From positions 2,210,997-2,274,996 of the forward strand of contig RDEW01000002.1 in assembly GCA_011109175.1 (NCBI GenBank): a DNA stretch of 64,000 bases. Direction: 5' to 3'. The notes beneath the pieces are model-generated. The model was not told the DNA's origin. It saw nothing but the letters and a program-made list of their open reading frames with translations, and made no database searches. This DNA is from Dicyema japonicum (lineage: Eukaryota > Animalia > Dicyemida). Positions 26,936 to 40,084 of the stretch are shown here, in pieces. How positions within the stretch are numbered: the first letter of the stretch is position 1; every line of letters starts with the position of its first letter. The position numbers and the translations under genes were made by a program.

Positions 26936-27099
26936 TGTTGGCTTGGACAGAGGAGACGGAAAAAGGCCTGACGAAATCACAATTTTTCAATACGAGGAGG
27001 GTAACTTTTGGTATGGAATGCTACGTGCGTCGACCCCCTTTGCCCATCCAACATTGTCGGGAGCTCGGTAGACCGACTATATGCCGTAAAAAAACAATG

Positions 27100-27300
27100 A
27101 ATGCAAAGGAGAAAAAAACGAAACGCTCCGCGATCGGTTCCCGTTATATTAAATTTCAAGTCAATTTATGTAGAGTGAGTCTTAAATTGAATAATGAAGA
27201 TGTTTGTGACATTCGTATTGAGAGAGGTATTTTACAGTCTTCTCCAACTCTTTTTGTGTTATTCCTGACTCACAGAGTAGATTCCTTTCTGAAAAGTACC
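27100..27300 (+). mobile_element. R4/NeSL-type RT fragment
   Basis: DIRIERGILQSSPTLFVL (RT motif GILQGDSLSP with a deletion). Confidence 0.55.
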
Positions 27301-27524
27301 CAAAAGTGTTAATTTTAAATGAAGGTTTGTTTGCAAAACCTTTTTTTGATGAGTCAACGAAATTTTACAAAGATAAAAAAACAGGCTACAATAAACCGAA
27401 ACTTCATTATCAGCAATCCGAAAGACATTTATTAAAAATTTCGGATTAATTTATTTTGTTTTTATTTTACATTTAAATTAATATTTTAACAAGAAGAGAA
27501 TTTATATTTTTTAAAAATTATAAA

Positions 27525-28195
27525 TAATTAGGACGACAGAATGGCGAAGGTGTTACTTCTGATAATCGCCATTTCGAGCTTTTGCCTCAACCAGAGTCCC
27601 TCCCGTGGCTCACACTTTTTTGAGGCGAGTTTGCCTCCAATGCTGGAGAGAAAGGGGTCCGTCTTCGCTCCCATGATTCCAGTTGTCTCCACAGCAATGG
27701 GGCTGAAATGGTATTGGTCTCCGAGGGATTCGTATTTACGGTTCTACTTGGCTTCCCCCTGGTCGGCTGCGTCTCCAGGAGAGTGCGTCGCCGTCAGCTA
27801 TCTGGCCCCTGAGAAGGTGTCCACACACGTTGCGTCCCAGACGAGTGATTTTCCGTGGGAGTATGGGAATAACGGTCATACCATCTGGCCTCTTCCCGTC
27901 GCCTCTGTCTAAGCCCAAAGGTTCCAATTGGGCCGGAAATCCCGCGGCCTTTAGGGCTCGAAAAATAATGTCATTGATGGCTGCGTGACGCGGAGATCGA
28001 CCAGTGCTTCGTCGGCAAGAGAGTGGATGCAAGCCTAACGTATCAACGTCCCCGGGAATGTCCAGTCGGCATTTGTGTCCTTGTGTCTCTGGGAATGTCC
28101 AGTCCTAGGCGCAGTGCCACCCCGATCCTCAGGCTGTTTTCGTCAAGGAGGGTCCCCAGATGTGGGCACGGTAGGCCCTCGAGCCAGACTCCTTT
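27525..28195 (-). mobile_element. CRE-clade LINE, 5'-truncated, relatively young, family C
   Basis: GC-rich; [93 protein letters not shown]. Confidence 0.9.
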
Positions 28196-28198
28196 TCA

Positions 28199-28325
28199 TT
28201 TTAAATTTAAAATCTTACAGTGTCACGTGGTGTAATTAATTTAAATTTTAAATTTAAAATCTTACAGAGTCACGTGGTGTAATTAATTTAAATTTTAAAT
28301 TTAAAATCTTACAGTGTCACGTGGT
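28199..28325. repeat. 47-bp tandem repeat, about 2.7 copies
   Basis: CTTACAG starts at 28214, 28261 and 28308; the unit contains CACGTG and resembles the Tigger 5' region at 3170-3200 (minus) and 5890-5930. Confidence 0.9.
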
Positions 28326-28559
28326 TATAAAGTGGACCGAAATTCGCACAAAAAATAAAGATTTGCGAAATAAAAAATACATCAAAAATGGATCTCAGAG
28401 AATTATCCCATATCAGTGAAATAAAAATGATCATTTATTTGGGAATTTCGACATGCTGGATACACAGATTCAAAGGAAGATTTAATTTTTAACTAAAAGT
28501 TCTTCAGGACAAGCTAACAGCTTATGAAATTAATGATTGATAAATAAAAGGAGGTGACT

Positions 28560-29500
28560 TATTGCTAAACATGGATGATAAATAGACCCATTCTTTTCTC
28601 CCATCCTTCATTACATCTACTCTTCCCTTGTATGTTGGCTCGATTGTGACAGTTAGATTGTCATTCACAGATCACTGCTTCTACGAACTTTGTGAGGGCA
28701 ATTGAACATTGGGACAGATTCTTATCGAGTTCTTGTTCTTATATGAAGTGCAATCTACCCTTATAAACTGCCCAAAAGTAATCATGTCCTGTCATACATT
28801 TCCAAAATATCGAGACCATGGGAAACATTCACAACAACTCTAGAAAATTCATTTTCAAATCTCTGAAAATCGGAACGACTGATATGTGCCTCTTCCATGA
28901 AAGTTCGATATCACCGTAATTCTATCATATTGTGATCCTCTTACATTTTTAAAAACATATTTGATTTTTGACTTAAAGTGCCCTCGTCTATCGAACAAAA
29001 AACCTGTTAGTATTGGGAATATTTATGGAAAGTAAATAAATTATCATTAGCTCACTTTACCACATCAATATCACTTTACCACTCATCAAGTATCCCTACT
29101 TTAACAATGATGAAAATTTGTGAGGGCGACCAACTTACAAAAAAGCGTTCTTCACGACATTTATGTCAAATACTTCGAAAAAACACACAAGATACGAGAA
29201 AACTGTTGTGGATACCGGCTCAAGTTCCCATCTCCTAATTCCAGCCTTCTCCTTGTCGGTATGAGATCACAGTTAGATGAGAAATTTTAGCAGCCTATTC
29301 CTCTCACAGCGGTGCTTAGCTGAACGCTTTCCCATCATCGTCAATTGGTTCCCTTCTGGAACAGGACGCCCTCCGAAATTGGATTTCGATCCGTCTCGGG
29401 ATCGACCTGTGGTAGCCTCATCTATTCGGGCCCAAGATGGTCTCTTTTCTTAGATCACTTTGGTCAATAATTTCGAAAGTTAAGATCTAATAGAAAGAAG
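28560..29500. mobile_element. I-group LINE scraps (C-terminal zinc region on minus; RNase H-like piece on plus)
   Basis: Minus CMTGHDYF..CP at about 28700-28800; plus LWIPAQVP at about 29205-29230 resembles the RNase H motif WIPAHxG. Confidence 0.4.
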
Positions 29501-29904
29501 TGAGTGAAGATCCACTTATCTTTTACCTCAAAAGCTCTTATTTGCGTCTTGATTTTTTAAGATTAGTCCAAGAGATCGAAGACCCACACGCATAGGAAAT
29601 ACATGGCAAGCAAAGTGTTTTTAGTACGGTATGATTCCCGATTTTCCACATCCTCGTTAGCTTTTAGGTTGATTTTTTCTCACATTTGTTTGACACATTT
29701 CCGATATGCCGCTAGAAACACATTGTGTATCTAAGATCACCCTCAAAATATATTCACGTTATATGATTAGTAGGGCAAGTTGTTTCTAGCAGTTAAAAAA
29801 AATTTTTAGCCCTAAAAAATCACAAAATCTAGCAATTATAATTATAAAAGTTAGCACTTAAAATGATAAAATTTAGCATTTAAAATTGTAAAATCTATAA
29901 ATTT

Positions 29905-29985
29905 TACTCCAAGGGAACTCGTTCGCAATCCACGCAGCAGGCTTCCTCAACTGACATTTGTTTAATTGTTAAAAAAAATTTAGTA
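29905..29985 (+). mobile_element. CRE family A extreme 3' end
   Basis: Near-identical to the reverse complement of 1510-1585. Confidence 0.85.
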
Positions 29986-31670
29986 ATTTTATTAGGAAAA
30001 AGGAAAAAGAATAGTTAAATTTAAAAAAAAAAATTTTTTTAAATCTATAAATTAAAATAATAAAATATAACATTTAAATTTAATTTATTGTAATATAATA
30101 AAAGGTAATGCTTGATATTGTCTGGATGGAAGTTCCTATCATCTTTTAAAATATTTTTTAGCATTTTAATAGCTCTTTCAACAGATGCAGAGGATGCCTG
30201 ACAGCGTGTACGAGAACAATAAACTTGTTGGCTAATTTTTGGTTCAGTCATTTCAATAATAATTTTTGGTTCAGTCATTTCAATAATCCATTTGCCTCCA
30301 TTCTTTTATTTACATAATTTTTGATATTTGCCTTGTCATTATCAAAATGTAGTCCTTGTATATCATAATATGCCCGATTGATTGAGTAGTCACAACACTC
30401 CGAAAGTTTAGGAAGATCTACTATTTGCGAATAATTTAATATGATTTCCGTTAATTGAAACTTAATATCCGGATTGTTGACATTATGTTTAGCATTTGAT
30501 ACTAAAACTCCATCTGACTGAAATCGTTAACAATTTCAAAAATTATTTCAAAATTCATGAAATAATATTTCACTGCTTGAAACCAACTTTCTCATCTGCA
30601 TAAATTAAGCAAAAGAATACCTAGTAATTACCACATCAGGAGGGTATCCAACATCCTTGAACAAATTACGACGTTTTCGGTTTTTTACTGTAGCAGCTTT
30701 AATGCTTGCAATTAAGCCATCTATTTCCGGATATGCACACTTTATACGTAAAATCGTGTAACAAATGAGAAACACACGTCACATGATGCATGTTGTTATG
30801 ACCATTAATGTTTTACCACCTATTTAAATAAATTTATATCACCAGAAATCATATAAGGAGCGGCATCTGAAATTAGTAGATAAAAATTGTCACGAATAAT
30901 CTTCATTTCTCTAATGACGTCATCTATTAATTGGCAGATGATAGCAGCAGTGGCATGATTTTCCAGTGTTTTGCATTCAACCAAATAGGATTTTGTTGGA
31001 AAGCGAATGCTCCCAATTAGAATCACTGCAAAACTTTTCCTTCGGATATCTGTTTCATCAATTATTACAAAAATCTTTTCGTTTATAAAAGTTAAAAATA
31101 AATTTTAATACGTTAATAATTTTGTCAACTCATTTATCTTTTTTTCTGCAAGAAACTTGACCGTAGTTCTGCTGAAAATTCAGACGGAATGTTAATTTTA
31201 AATGTTTTAAACATTTTTTTATCGAATCGTTATTTAATTTGTACAGCGAAATGTTTGCTTGTACAAAAGCTTCCGTGATCGTTTCATTAACCGAATCTAC
31301 TTGGATTGATTCAGTTAATGTTGTTTGAACTGAATGACCTACAATTGTATTAACAAATTTATACGCATATTGTTTTGATGTTTTAAAGAAGAACGATGAG
31401 AATCAACTGAAATTTTTTTTGAACAGTTGAAATTGGATAAACAAAGAGAACAAAATAGAAGGCCATCGTCAGCAATACAGAACTCATCTTTGAAATTCCG
31501 AGACTATACGCTTAGCTTTCATAAGCAACGAACACTTGGGTTTTGGCATCACTAAAAATACTATATAGCGTGCTAAATTATTTTATTTAAATATAGCATT
31601 TATAATGTATGTTTTTTTAACAAAATTAAAAAATAATTATTCCAAATTCAATTTTATATTAAAATAAGTA

Positions 31671-31800
31671 GGATCAACGAGAAGAATTATGGCTAAGACA
31701 AAAGATTGGAATAGCCATACTCCGAGGGAACTCGTTCGCAATCCACGCAGCAGGCTTCCTCAACTGACATTTGTTTAATTGTTAAAAAAAATTAAAAAAA
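31671..31800 (+). mobile_element. CRE family A extreme 3' end
   Basis: LRQKIGIAILRGNSFAIHAAGFLN* plus A-rich tail, near-identical to 1510-1630. Confidence 0.9.
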
Positions 31801-32129
31801 ATAAGTATAAAAAATAAAAATAGCATTTTAGCACTTAAATTGCCCTAATGATTAGTTACTTCATTAAGTGAATAAATACTAGTAACAACACATAGACTCC
31901 CCGATAATTCTCTCAGCGCCTCAAAATGTCCATCCTCCTGCTCAATTCTCATTGTCTCTTGGAAGCTGTTACCTGATTTGTATCCAATGATTAATAAATA
32001 TTTGCAAATAATAATTACCAGTAAAACAACCACATATGTATATATATTTATAAAAATCAACATAAATCATTTCCTCATCCACACACATGCAGTGTCTTCT
32101 TCACATGCTTAGGTGTCCTAGCTAATCTT

Positions 32130-33213
32130 CGAATAAGTCTTCCAAGTTCATAATCATCTCCAACTGATCCTCTCATCACCAAATGTAGGATCTACTAAGT
32201 CGAACAACTTCAGAATAGAAAGGTCACAACATTATTCCTCTTATGGATGGACAAGATCACAACATGGGGTACCTGTTAGATACAACCCATTCTGAGAAAA
32301 TTCAGGGAATTTGAATGGTCATGTTAGACAACCTTGGCCACATCAATCACATGCATTCAGTCTCCGACCAACATAAGAGTTATTAGATCCTCACATTATG
32401 TTGAATTCACTCAAATCCGCGTGGACCAAATGACACACGTGGTATAACCACCTCATTGTGAGAACACATTGTACGTATAGTCTTCGTTCCAATGATCCAC
32501 CCAGTTGGACCAGTTTCAACAAATGGGCAAACCAGTCGTCCTCTCAAATGAAGGACATCACAATAACATGCTCTTTTATGCAGATTGGATAGGACGGGGA
32601 ATTCATGCCTTGTACATTCTGATCAACCGATTGGGGTTCCATAACTCTTGTCCCACCAATAGGGATATCCTTTTCCGTGAATTTCCGCGGAATCCCAGTC
32701 TGAACTTGTACTCCTCATTCAAATATCGATGACGGGCCTTAAAGACAAGAATAAAGGATTTGAAGATCTGCAAGTTAGTGGAAGCAAACCTTGATAGCTA
32801 ACTGTCGGTTATCAGAGGAGTTGGCATAGTACACGTTGGACTCCTTCTCAGTGTTGATACATTTATTACAGTAATCACTTGATTTCTGACCAATTTGTAA
32901 AGAATTAAGAGTTTGCTTATCAAGGACCTCCTCAGGCGTAGCTCGAGTGGACTTGTGGCGAGTTCGGTTCGACTTGTTGCCTGGTGAAATACAATATCTA
33001 CAATAAACAAGTTACTGCATCAGAAGAAGTCTAAAATGGTAATTGACTCACAAACTTGAGCTCAGACTTTGTAATAGTCCCTTTATTTGCTGGTGATGGT
33101 GGGCTACTGACTGATTTTGTGAATTCGGACGTCTCAGCTGTATAATTCATTAATACTATCACTATCTCTTCCATTAGAAACATCTCGTCCTCTTCAGAGT
33201 AGAAGTAGTCCAT
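32130..33213 (-). pseudogene. RIOK1: RIO1 atypical kinase pseudogene, unprocessed
   Basis: DKSTRATPEEVLDKQT..CINTEKESNVYYANSSDNRQLAIK|IFKSFILVFKARHRY..KEHVIVMSFI*EDD..LLKLVQL..LVHADLSEFNI..HVIDVAKVV*HDHSNSLNFLR matches the RIO1 consensus as I recall it. A 22-nt GT-AG intron lies at 32768-32789. Several stops and frameshifts. Confidence 0.85.
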
Positions 33214-33431
33214 AATAAAAATATTATTAGGATCTTTTGTAGAAAATTATTCCCCTGTGGTTGACACCACTAAGCATCCTGGCTGAAAACGTTATTTAAA
33301 TTTTTATTTATATAACAAATATTCCTTATCGAAGCAAATTTTAATATTTTATTTTGTTTTACCTGAGGATGGGAGTCCGCGTAAATTTCTAGGTCCTCTG
33401 TTCCATCTAACTAATTTTGACTTCCTTATGG

Positions 33432-34790
33432 CAGTGGTTCCCAACCTGAGTTCCGCGGAGCCAGTTTTATGGTTCCACGAAAATTATTATATAATATTTA
33501 ATTATTAAAATATATTAAACATCCACACTTATATCTTGTTTCTGCTTGGGTTAGTTAGTCAATTTTATAAGATTTCTAATGAGAAGCAATAATTGCATAA
33601 GAGATTCAAAAAATATTGTATGCATCTACAAGGTGAAGTTGGAAATGTCCAATTTTGTGAAAGGGGACAACTTAGAATAGACCAGAGCATCTTATGAAGT
33701 ATAGAATTATTTTAATTAAACAGGTGAATTATCTTGTAGCACGTTTTGGAGAGGCACATATAATTGCAAAAATCTTATAAAGCCAAGTTCAAGAAAAATA
33801 ATCCGTACATAAGTCAGATGGTTGTCACGTGGAAGTGTATTGGAACCTTTGTTCGACGAAACGAGCTTGATGTGTATTTCAAGAAACGAATTTTTCCAAT
33901 TTACAAAAATTTGAAAAAAAAATCTTTGTTTACAGAGAATTGCACATTTGGCTTCAATTTATGATATACTGCTGGTTATTTGAGCGAATCTCGCTCGCTA
34001 TCCTGAGAGGGAATAACCACGCAGTCAGGGCAGCCTCTATATAACCGTTTACTCTATTTTTTCTTTAATAAAATTAATTTATGATTAACTGAATAAATTT
34101 ACATTATTGCTACTGTGAAAATATCAATCTGTTTTTATTTTGAAAGATAAAGTGGCCTTAATTGAATTTTGGCAGTGATCCGTAAATAAAAATAATATTA
34201 CATGCTTTGCCGTTTTTTCAAGAGTATCTTGATGAATAAGAATGCGCATTGAACGGTACATTACTTCAGGACATCAAAGATCATTTGGTAATTTTGGATG
34301 ATAACATTGCGAAATATTTTCAGGATAAATTTGATGACGATTGGGCTCAAAATCCATTCAAGGTAACATCAATTGAATATGAACATCTTATTGATTTGAC
34401 ATCGGAATCACGTCAAATCAGATATATAAAAATGAATCCCTTTTTAATTTTTGGAGAATATTTCAAAATATCCTGATATCTCAGAAAACACTATTACCTT
34501 TTCCAACGACTTACTTATGCGAGACGGAGTTTTTTTAATATATACATTTACCGAAACAAAATATAGAATACACTCAATGCTTCCGCTGATGTGAGCATAC
34601 AGTTGTCATCAATAACTCCCAACGTTACATAATTATGCTATGATAAAAAGTTACCCCAATGTTCACATTAAAATTGTTTTTGGTTATTACGATTGTTTTA
34701 ATAGAAAATTGTAATAATTGAATTGTAAGGGTTCCGCAAAAAAATTAACCCAAAAGGGTTCCGTGAGACCCTTAAGGTTGGGAACCACTG
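33432..34790 (+). mobile_element. hAT Buster element (ZBED5/FAM200-like), internally deleted
   Basis: 16-bp TIR CAGTGGTTCCCAACCT; flanks CCTTATGG and CCATTGGG (degraded nnnTAnnn TSD); FPTTYLCETEF..TKYR remnant. Confidence 0.9.
33970..34070 (+). mobile_element. CRE 3' end remnant, family D, nested in the Buster element
   Basis: WLFERISLAILRGNNHAVRAASI*; inverted homologue at 44001-44075. Confidence 0.75.
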
Positions 34791-34899
34791 CCATTGGGAT
34801 TCCATCTGTATCTAGGTCGTCCTCGAGTACACTCGAAATTCGCATCATTTACATCGTTGGCAGGTATCCTTTAATTCATTCTGCGGATTTGTCCAACCA

Positions 34900-36560
34900 G
34901 TCCTTCTTATTGTATTTTTTATGACTTGGGATTTGTACACGGATATTGATAATTGTTGCTGATCTTTCTTGAAGAGATCTTTAACAGCAAACGTAGCTAC
35001 TTTCCATGATATGTTTTCAAGAGATGTAGTTTCGTTGAGAACATACACGTGGTCTCCTAAGCATTTTTCATAAATGCCATTTTCGACTATATTTTTTTCT
35101 ATATCTTTACTGTCCTCAAGTAGTGACCCAAGTTTTTTGACTTTCCACCTTTTTTCACCATTTGATGAAGCTTTTTTTTCACAGTCACTTACGCACTTTC
35201 AGTTGTTTTGTTGTAATTTTATTATTATGAGTACTTACGCTATGGCATAGGATGTGGCATAACATGTTCAACACGAGAAATCAAACTAGTAATTAACTTT
35301 TCCATCTCTGACGACTCTTTGCCACGTCCGGCATCCTGCTGAGGTCTTCCCCGTTCTTGAGGCGTCTCCCGATTTCCTTAAGGTCTTCATTAAGGACGGT
35401 CGGTAGGATCACCCTCGGTCGACCACGAAAACGCGGAGCGTCTAGAACAAAGTAATCTCCATGAACACGTTTGTGGGGGTCCAAAAGTACAGACAATTTA
35501 TATGGTCAAACAGCCTCCATCTTTCTCCCAGGATCTCGCACGAAATAGCTGTGCTCGTTCTCTCATATAAACTGTAGAACGGCCCTCAAGAATGGTTACA
35601 GGAGAAAAGGGTGTACCGAAGCTAGTTTCTATGAATAGAGCTCAGCTTTCCAAGCTCCTGTCTTGTACAAGCCCAAGTGCCCGAGTTATATAATAGTATG
35701 AGTTTCACACGTGCGTTTTACAGGCGGACTCTTGATCAGCATAAAGCCAAACAAGGTTTTTTTTGATTTTGTGAATGCAGCATTTTCAAATGTTTTTCTT
35801 GTTGTGTTCGCTGTCGCCGAGAAAGGAACCGAGCCTTTTGTTTTACGCAAATAATCCTCTGTCCTCACTTCCTCTCTTATGTTTGTCAGAGTTTAACAAT
35901 TAGGAACCATTCACCCAGTTTCTCAATAGTTCCTCAAATAAAGCATTATGCCCTTCTTTGTCATTTGAAATAAAGTCTACGCCGTCTGCGTATGCTATTG
36001 TTTTCGTTTACAGATAGAGGAGCGGCTCCAGGTCCCAAAGGAGATGAAAAACAAAATATGGGATAGTGGATCTTCTTGGAGGCACCCATATCGTCTCGAA
36101 TCGTCTTGAACAGGCTGATTCTCACATTCATATTCGTATCAGCATGACTATGGAACTGTCATGGAAGATCTCCATGAATTGTAAAACTTGTAGCTCCACA
36201 CAACATCCGAGGTTCGATCTTCCCTTACGAAAGCCCTATGTTAATTTGACTGTTATGAGTCTAACGGAGTCTCGATTCTCTGTTGGATTATATCGTACAA
36301 TAAGTGTGTTCATCAGTGTTACCGGTCTGAGATTATACTTTAACCTTGGTTTGTTCTGAACGGTTGCCAGGGTCTTTCTTCAGCGGTAGGGTGCTGCTGG
36401 GTCTGTACATTCCGTTTAAGACAGGAGCGATGCTTTCATACAATTTTTGTGTTCCATAAGATCGACACTGCTTGTGTGAATTCCGTACACAATTGGAAAT
36501 TTCACTTTTATCCGTGTTCATTTCCAGACCAACTACGGACAAGGAAGAAACCAATAACTA
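34900..36560 (-). mobile_element. RTE-like LINE remnants
   Basis: IAYADGVDFIS near 35990; FRGRPRVILPTVLNEDL..VAKSRQRWKS C-terminus; KKLGSLLEDSKD at about 35120. Confidence 0.7.
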
Positions 36561-37539
36561 AAGATCTCGAAAGGTTTAGGGGTTCTACGAAGATCATTTC
36601 TTCCTAGTGCCAAAGATTGTGGTGAGAACAGGGGTGTCTGGTAATCTTTTTGATGGACAAAAAAGAGAAGAGGACAAAGAGGGTCTACCTTTTGGACTCC
36701 GGAAGACTAGGATATTCAATATTCACTAAAGAAGATGGTGGACTGGAGACTATATGACTGGTAAACCACCAGGAAAATATTGGGGCATCTCCATACAAGA
36801 TTCCACAATAGAATCCCTCCTTAGACTGTTGATGTCAAATATGAAGAGAACTTGTCCGAGAACATTTTGAGAGCTCCTACTCACAATAATCCGTAATGAT
36901 TGGACTGTTGTTCTGCAGTTGATCCTTACTTTGATCCGACTAAAAAGGGTTTAGAAAATATGCGACCATGGGAACAGATATCCCTCAACTTCAAAAAGAT
37001 AAAACTTACTGGGATCAAACGGACTCTGCCTCCTCCTTATCAAAGGGGATCAAGTTGGAAGAGAATAAAACGTGAAGGATTTCTCTGGCCGGCCTCCCGA
37101 TAGAATCAGATTAATAAGAGAAGTGATAGAGTATAAAACTGATAGCCAGATCTTCAACGGAATAGGGAGTAAGGTATTTCAAATGGTCGAGTTTAATTCC
37201 ATCCAAGCCGCACTGCTTCCTAAAACAAAATTCAGAATCACCAACAGTGTTTCATCGTTCGAGACTACTATGGACTCAATGTGGGAAATGATGGAACGGG
37301 TCGAAGAATGTAAGAGGGAGGTGAGTGTTTTTTCATATGGAAGCTGTCCAGTGATGGTTCGGGTGTTCCTTTTGAAGAAGAGAGCGCTTTAATGAAGAAT
37401 TAACTTTGTGACCAAGTTTTTTGTGAAAAAGTGATCATTCGTTCTCTTTTTACGGAATGTTTAATTTCTAGAAATTGGGGTAATTAGGCAATAATTTTAA
37501 TTGTCACTTTAAAATAATAATTTTAAGGCTCATTTTCAT

Positions 37540-37712
37540 GCCTGTTGGAATGGAGACTTCCGAGGTCATGAGAGAGATGACCGACGCCTTTCTCTTCAAT
37601 ATTGGACGAAGCATCGCTTTAAAGAGGACTTTGGAAAGGAGTTTGGTTCAGATAAAGGCTCGAAATGGCAGTGATCATAGAGAACGCAATCCTGGTCTCT
37701 TAACTAAAAAAA
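37540..37712 (+). mobile_element. CRE 3' end remnant
   Basis: PVGMETSEVM..FLFNIG..WFR*RLEMAVIIENAIL. Confidence 0.65.
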
Positions 37713-37719
37713 CTTTGAT

Positions 37720-39450
37720 CTCCACAGGCTTCCCTTTGGTCATGACTGTTATAAACTTCTCCAGTAGTCATAAAATCTTTTCCTTTTTTGTGGATAGGTA
37801 TCACGCCTCGCATCCATACAATAGCTTCTGTAGAATTATTCTTGTGAAAATGAAGATGGAAGGTCTCCATACTGACGGTCAGCTTACGTGTGCAGAGGAG
37901 CACCTGAAGCGCTTTTTTCCTCCTCAGTTTGACGTTCTCCAGAAATGAGCCTTCCTGGTCTACTGCTACACCCAGATAGCGAAAAAAACGAACTCTCTGA
38001 ATTCCTAGCGTGTAAAGCTATACATGATGGCTTCTTAAATTGCTAATCCTTATAGAGTTTGACTTCTCTGTTAAGAGTTGCATCCCAATCTGGACACACC
38101 AGTCTTGCACTTGGTAAATGAATATCATGAGTCTCTTCCCGGATAGAGTCGACCTCCCAGACATATCCATAATGAGAATGTCATCCGCGTATATTAACAG
38201 TTTCGAATTCGGGTCTGACGGAGTTGGGAAGTCAGATAAGAAGATGTTAAATAACAGCGGGCTCAGGACAGAGCCACGCGGAACGCCTCTATTTAGTGAA
38301 ACATCTCTGGATATATGTTCCTCGATCCGAGATAACTTATCGATTATGGCTCTGTGGTTAACACTGTCAAATTTTGATATGTCGAGAACATATGACATTT
38401 AGGAGACATTTGGAGTCTCTGGCTTTGCATAACTAAGAGTTTAGATAAAATAAGCAATCATCGCATGACCGTCCTGGGCGAAAAACCAAATTGATCATTT
38501 CTGAAGTAGTCTTCTTATTCCAGCTGATTTGTAAGCTTCTAGAAGACAATTTTTTCCATAATTTTTGAAATTGACTGAATCGGGCTGATCGGGCGGTAGT
38601 TAGCAAAATTATTCATTGGTTTTCCTGTCTTCGCTACCATCCGTACAATAGTCTTCCTCCATTCGTGACCAATTCTGATGGATGCGTTGAAAATATCTTT
38701 GAGAACTTTGAATAAAATTTCTGGGCCTTCTTTGAACTTCCTAGCTTTGATGGAATCACTGCCCGGAGCTTTATTCTTGACAGATCTTATTGCTATCTTC
38801 AGCTCTTCTAGAGAGATCTCTATATAATGCTGTTTTCTCTTACAATAGTTCGTGACAAGTCTTCTCCTGCGGGATGACATCATCGTCAACTTGAAATTTC
38901 TTTTTTAAGTAGTGTCTCAAAACTAGAGGTATTTTTTTTCAGCATAGTAGGTGCCATCCGGTTTTTTGAGCACATCTTGTTTGCGATTGACTCTGGGTTC
39001 CTCACTCTTCGGTATACCTTCCAGAAAAAGGGATTGTGTTTGTTTAGCTTTTGAATTGTTCCGACAACTTTTTGTAGTTCGCCGATTTGTGAGACAAGGG
39101 CTAAACGGTCCTGTGAGTCTACGCATCTTCTCAGTTTAGTCCTTAGATTATTTCTTTTCAACACAATCTTCTTGTTGTGCCATGGAATAGGGACAACATT
39201 AGCGTTTCTTGAGTATATTTTTCTAGCAAAATTATCCAGATTGTATAATATCAGATCCGTTAAGTGAATATTTGTCCTCTATAGTTTCTCGCAGAATTTG
39301 ATGGGTAAGGTCCTTAGCTCTTATTCCGGACTGAATATATCTATGACAACAAGAGTTAGTCCGTAAGATCGGCTTAATCACCAAGGATCCACATAAGAAG
39401 ATGGTCATCCAATCTGGTCGTTTCAATCACTAATAACTATGGTCTGTAGG
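37720..39450 (-). mobile_element. Jockey/I-like LINE ORF2 remnant
   Basis: KNKAPGSDSI..YRPISPIQSISKIMEK; LDISKFDSVNH; RGVPRGSVLSPLLFNIF..IYADDIL; FRYLGV..KLLYGCEA. Confidence 0.85.
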
Positions 39451-40084
39451 CAAACAATGGAAGTTACCCCTCGCAAGCCAATGCAAGATCCATTTAAAAA
39501 ATCGAATGAGTCGGGTTGAAACATGTTTTAATTGGTTAAAAAAATCTCTTACTTCCCTCTGTTGGCGTCATTATTCGGGAGACTCCCTACATTGCATTTA
39601 AAAGGATCCAAAAATCATTCCACCGGGAGATAATTTCGATCCCTGACGACGAGTTCCGGAATTGACCTCAGCTTCCCGAAAAATGTCCCCTGGAACACTG
39701 TTCTGGGTAAACGTTCAATTGGAACGCGTCAGGATCAAATAATTAGTTTAATCCTTATCCTTTGAAATGACTTTATTTAAGTCTAAATTAGAATTGGATG
39801 CAAATTACTGTCTTTAGTGAAATTACGAGGATATGAGTCAAATACAAATTACGAATTTAATCTTTATTTCAATTAAAATCATGTTAATACGAATATTATG
39901 TCGCGCTGAGTGCAAGAACATTGATTTTCCCCCTTTTCCGTTTACTCTGATTGAAGAGAGAAACCGACTGAAGACCAAACTCAGAAGATGTGTCGACTGG
40001 ATGGACCCGATTACATTGACCGGTCAACTAAAGATAATCAAAAAGCCATTGAAGAGAGAACAAGAAAGGTAACTCTAGAACAAT

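Larger units (their letters stand above)
27370..28520 (+). mobile_element. Tigger remnant interrupted by a CRE insertion
   Basis: 27380-27470 matches 4985-5050 joined to 5856-5870; 28370-28510 matches 5970-6060 and 6590-6650. Confidence 0.7.
29771..31847 (-). mobile_element. hAT transposon with CGGBP1-like transposase, full-length but decayed
   Basis: TIR TAGGGCAA; perfect 8-bp TSD ATGATTAG (29763-29770 and 31848-31855); MPKPKCSL.., LLISDAAPYM, CQASSASVER..KNILKDDRNF; in-frame 27-bp duplication at about 30236-30290. Confidence 0.9.

Noticed and set aside
28199-28325. Possible CRISPR array or iterons
   Set aside because: Head-to-tail 47-bp units without spacers, derived from Tigger sequence.
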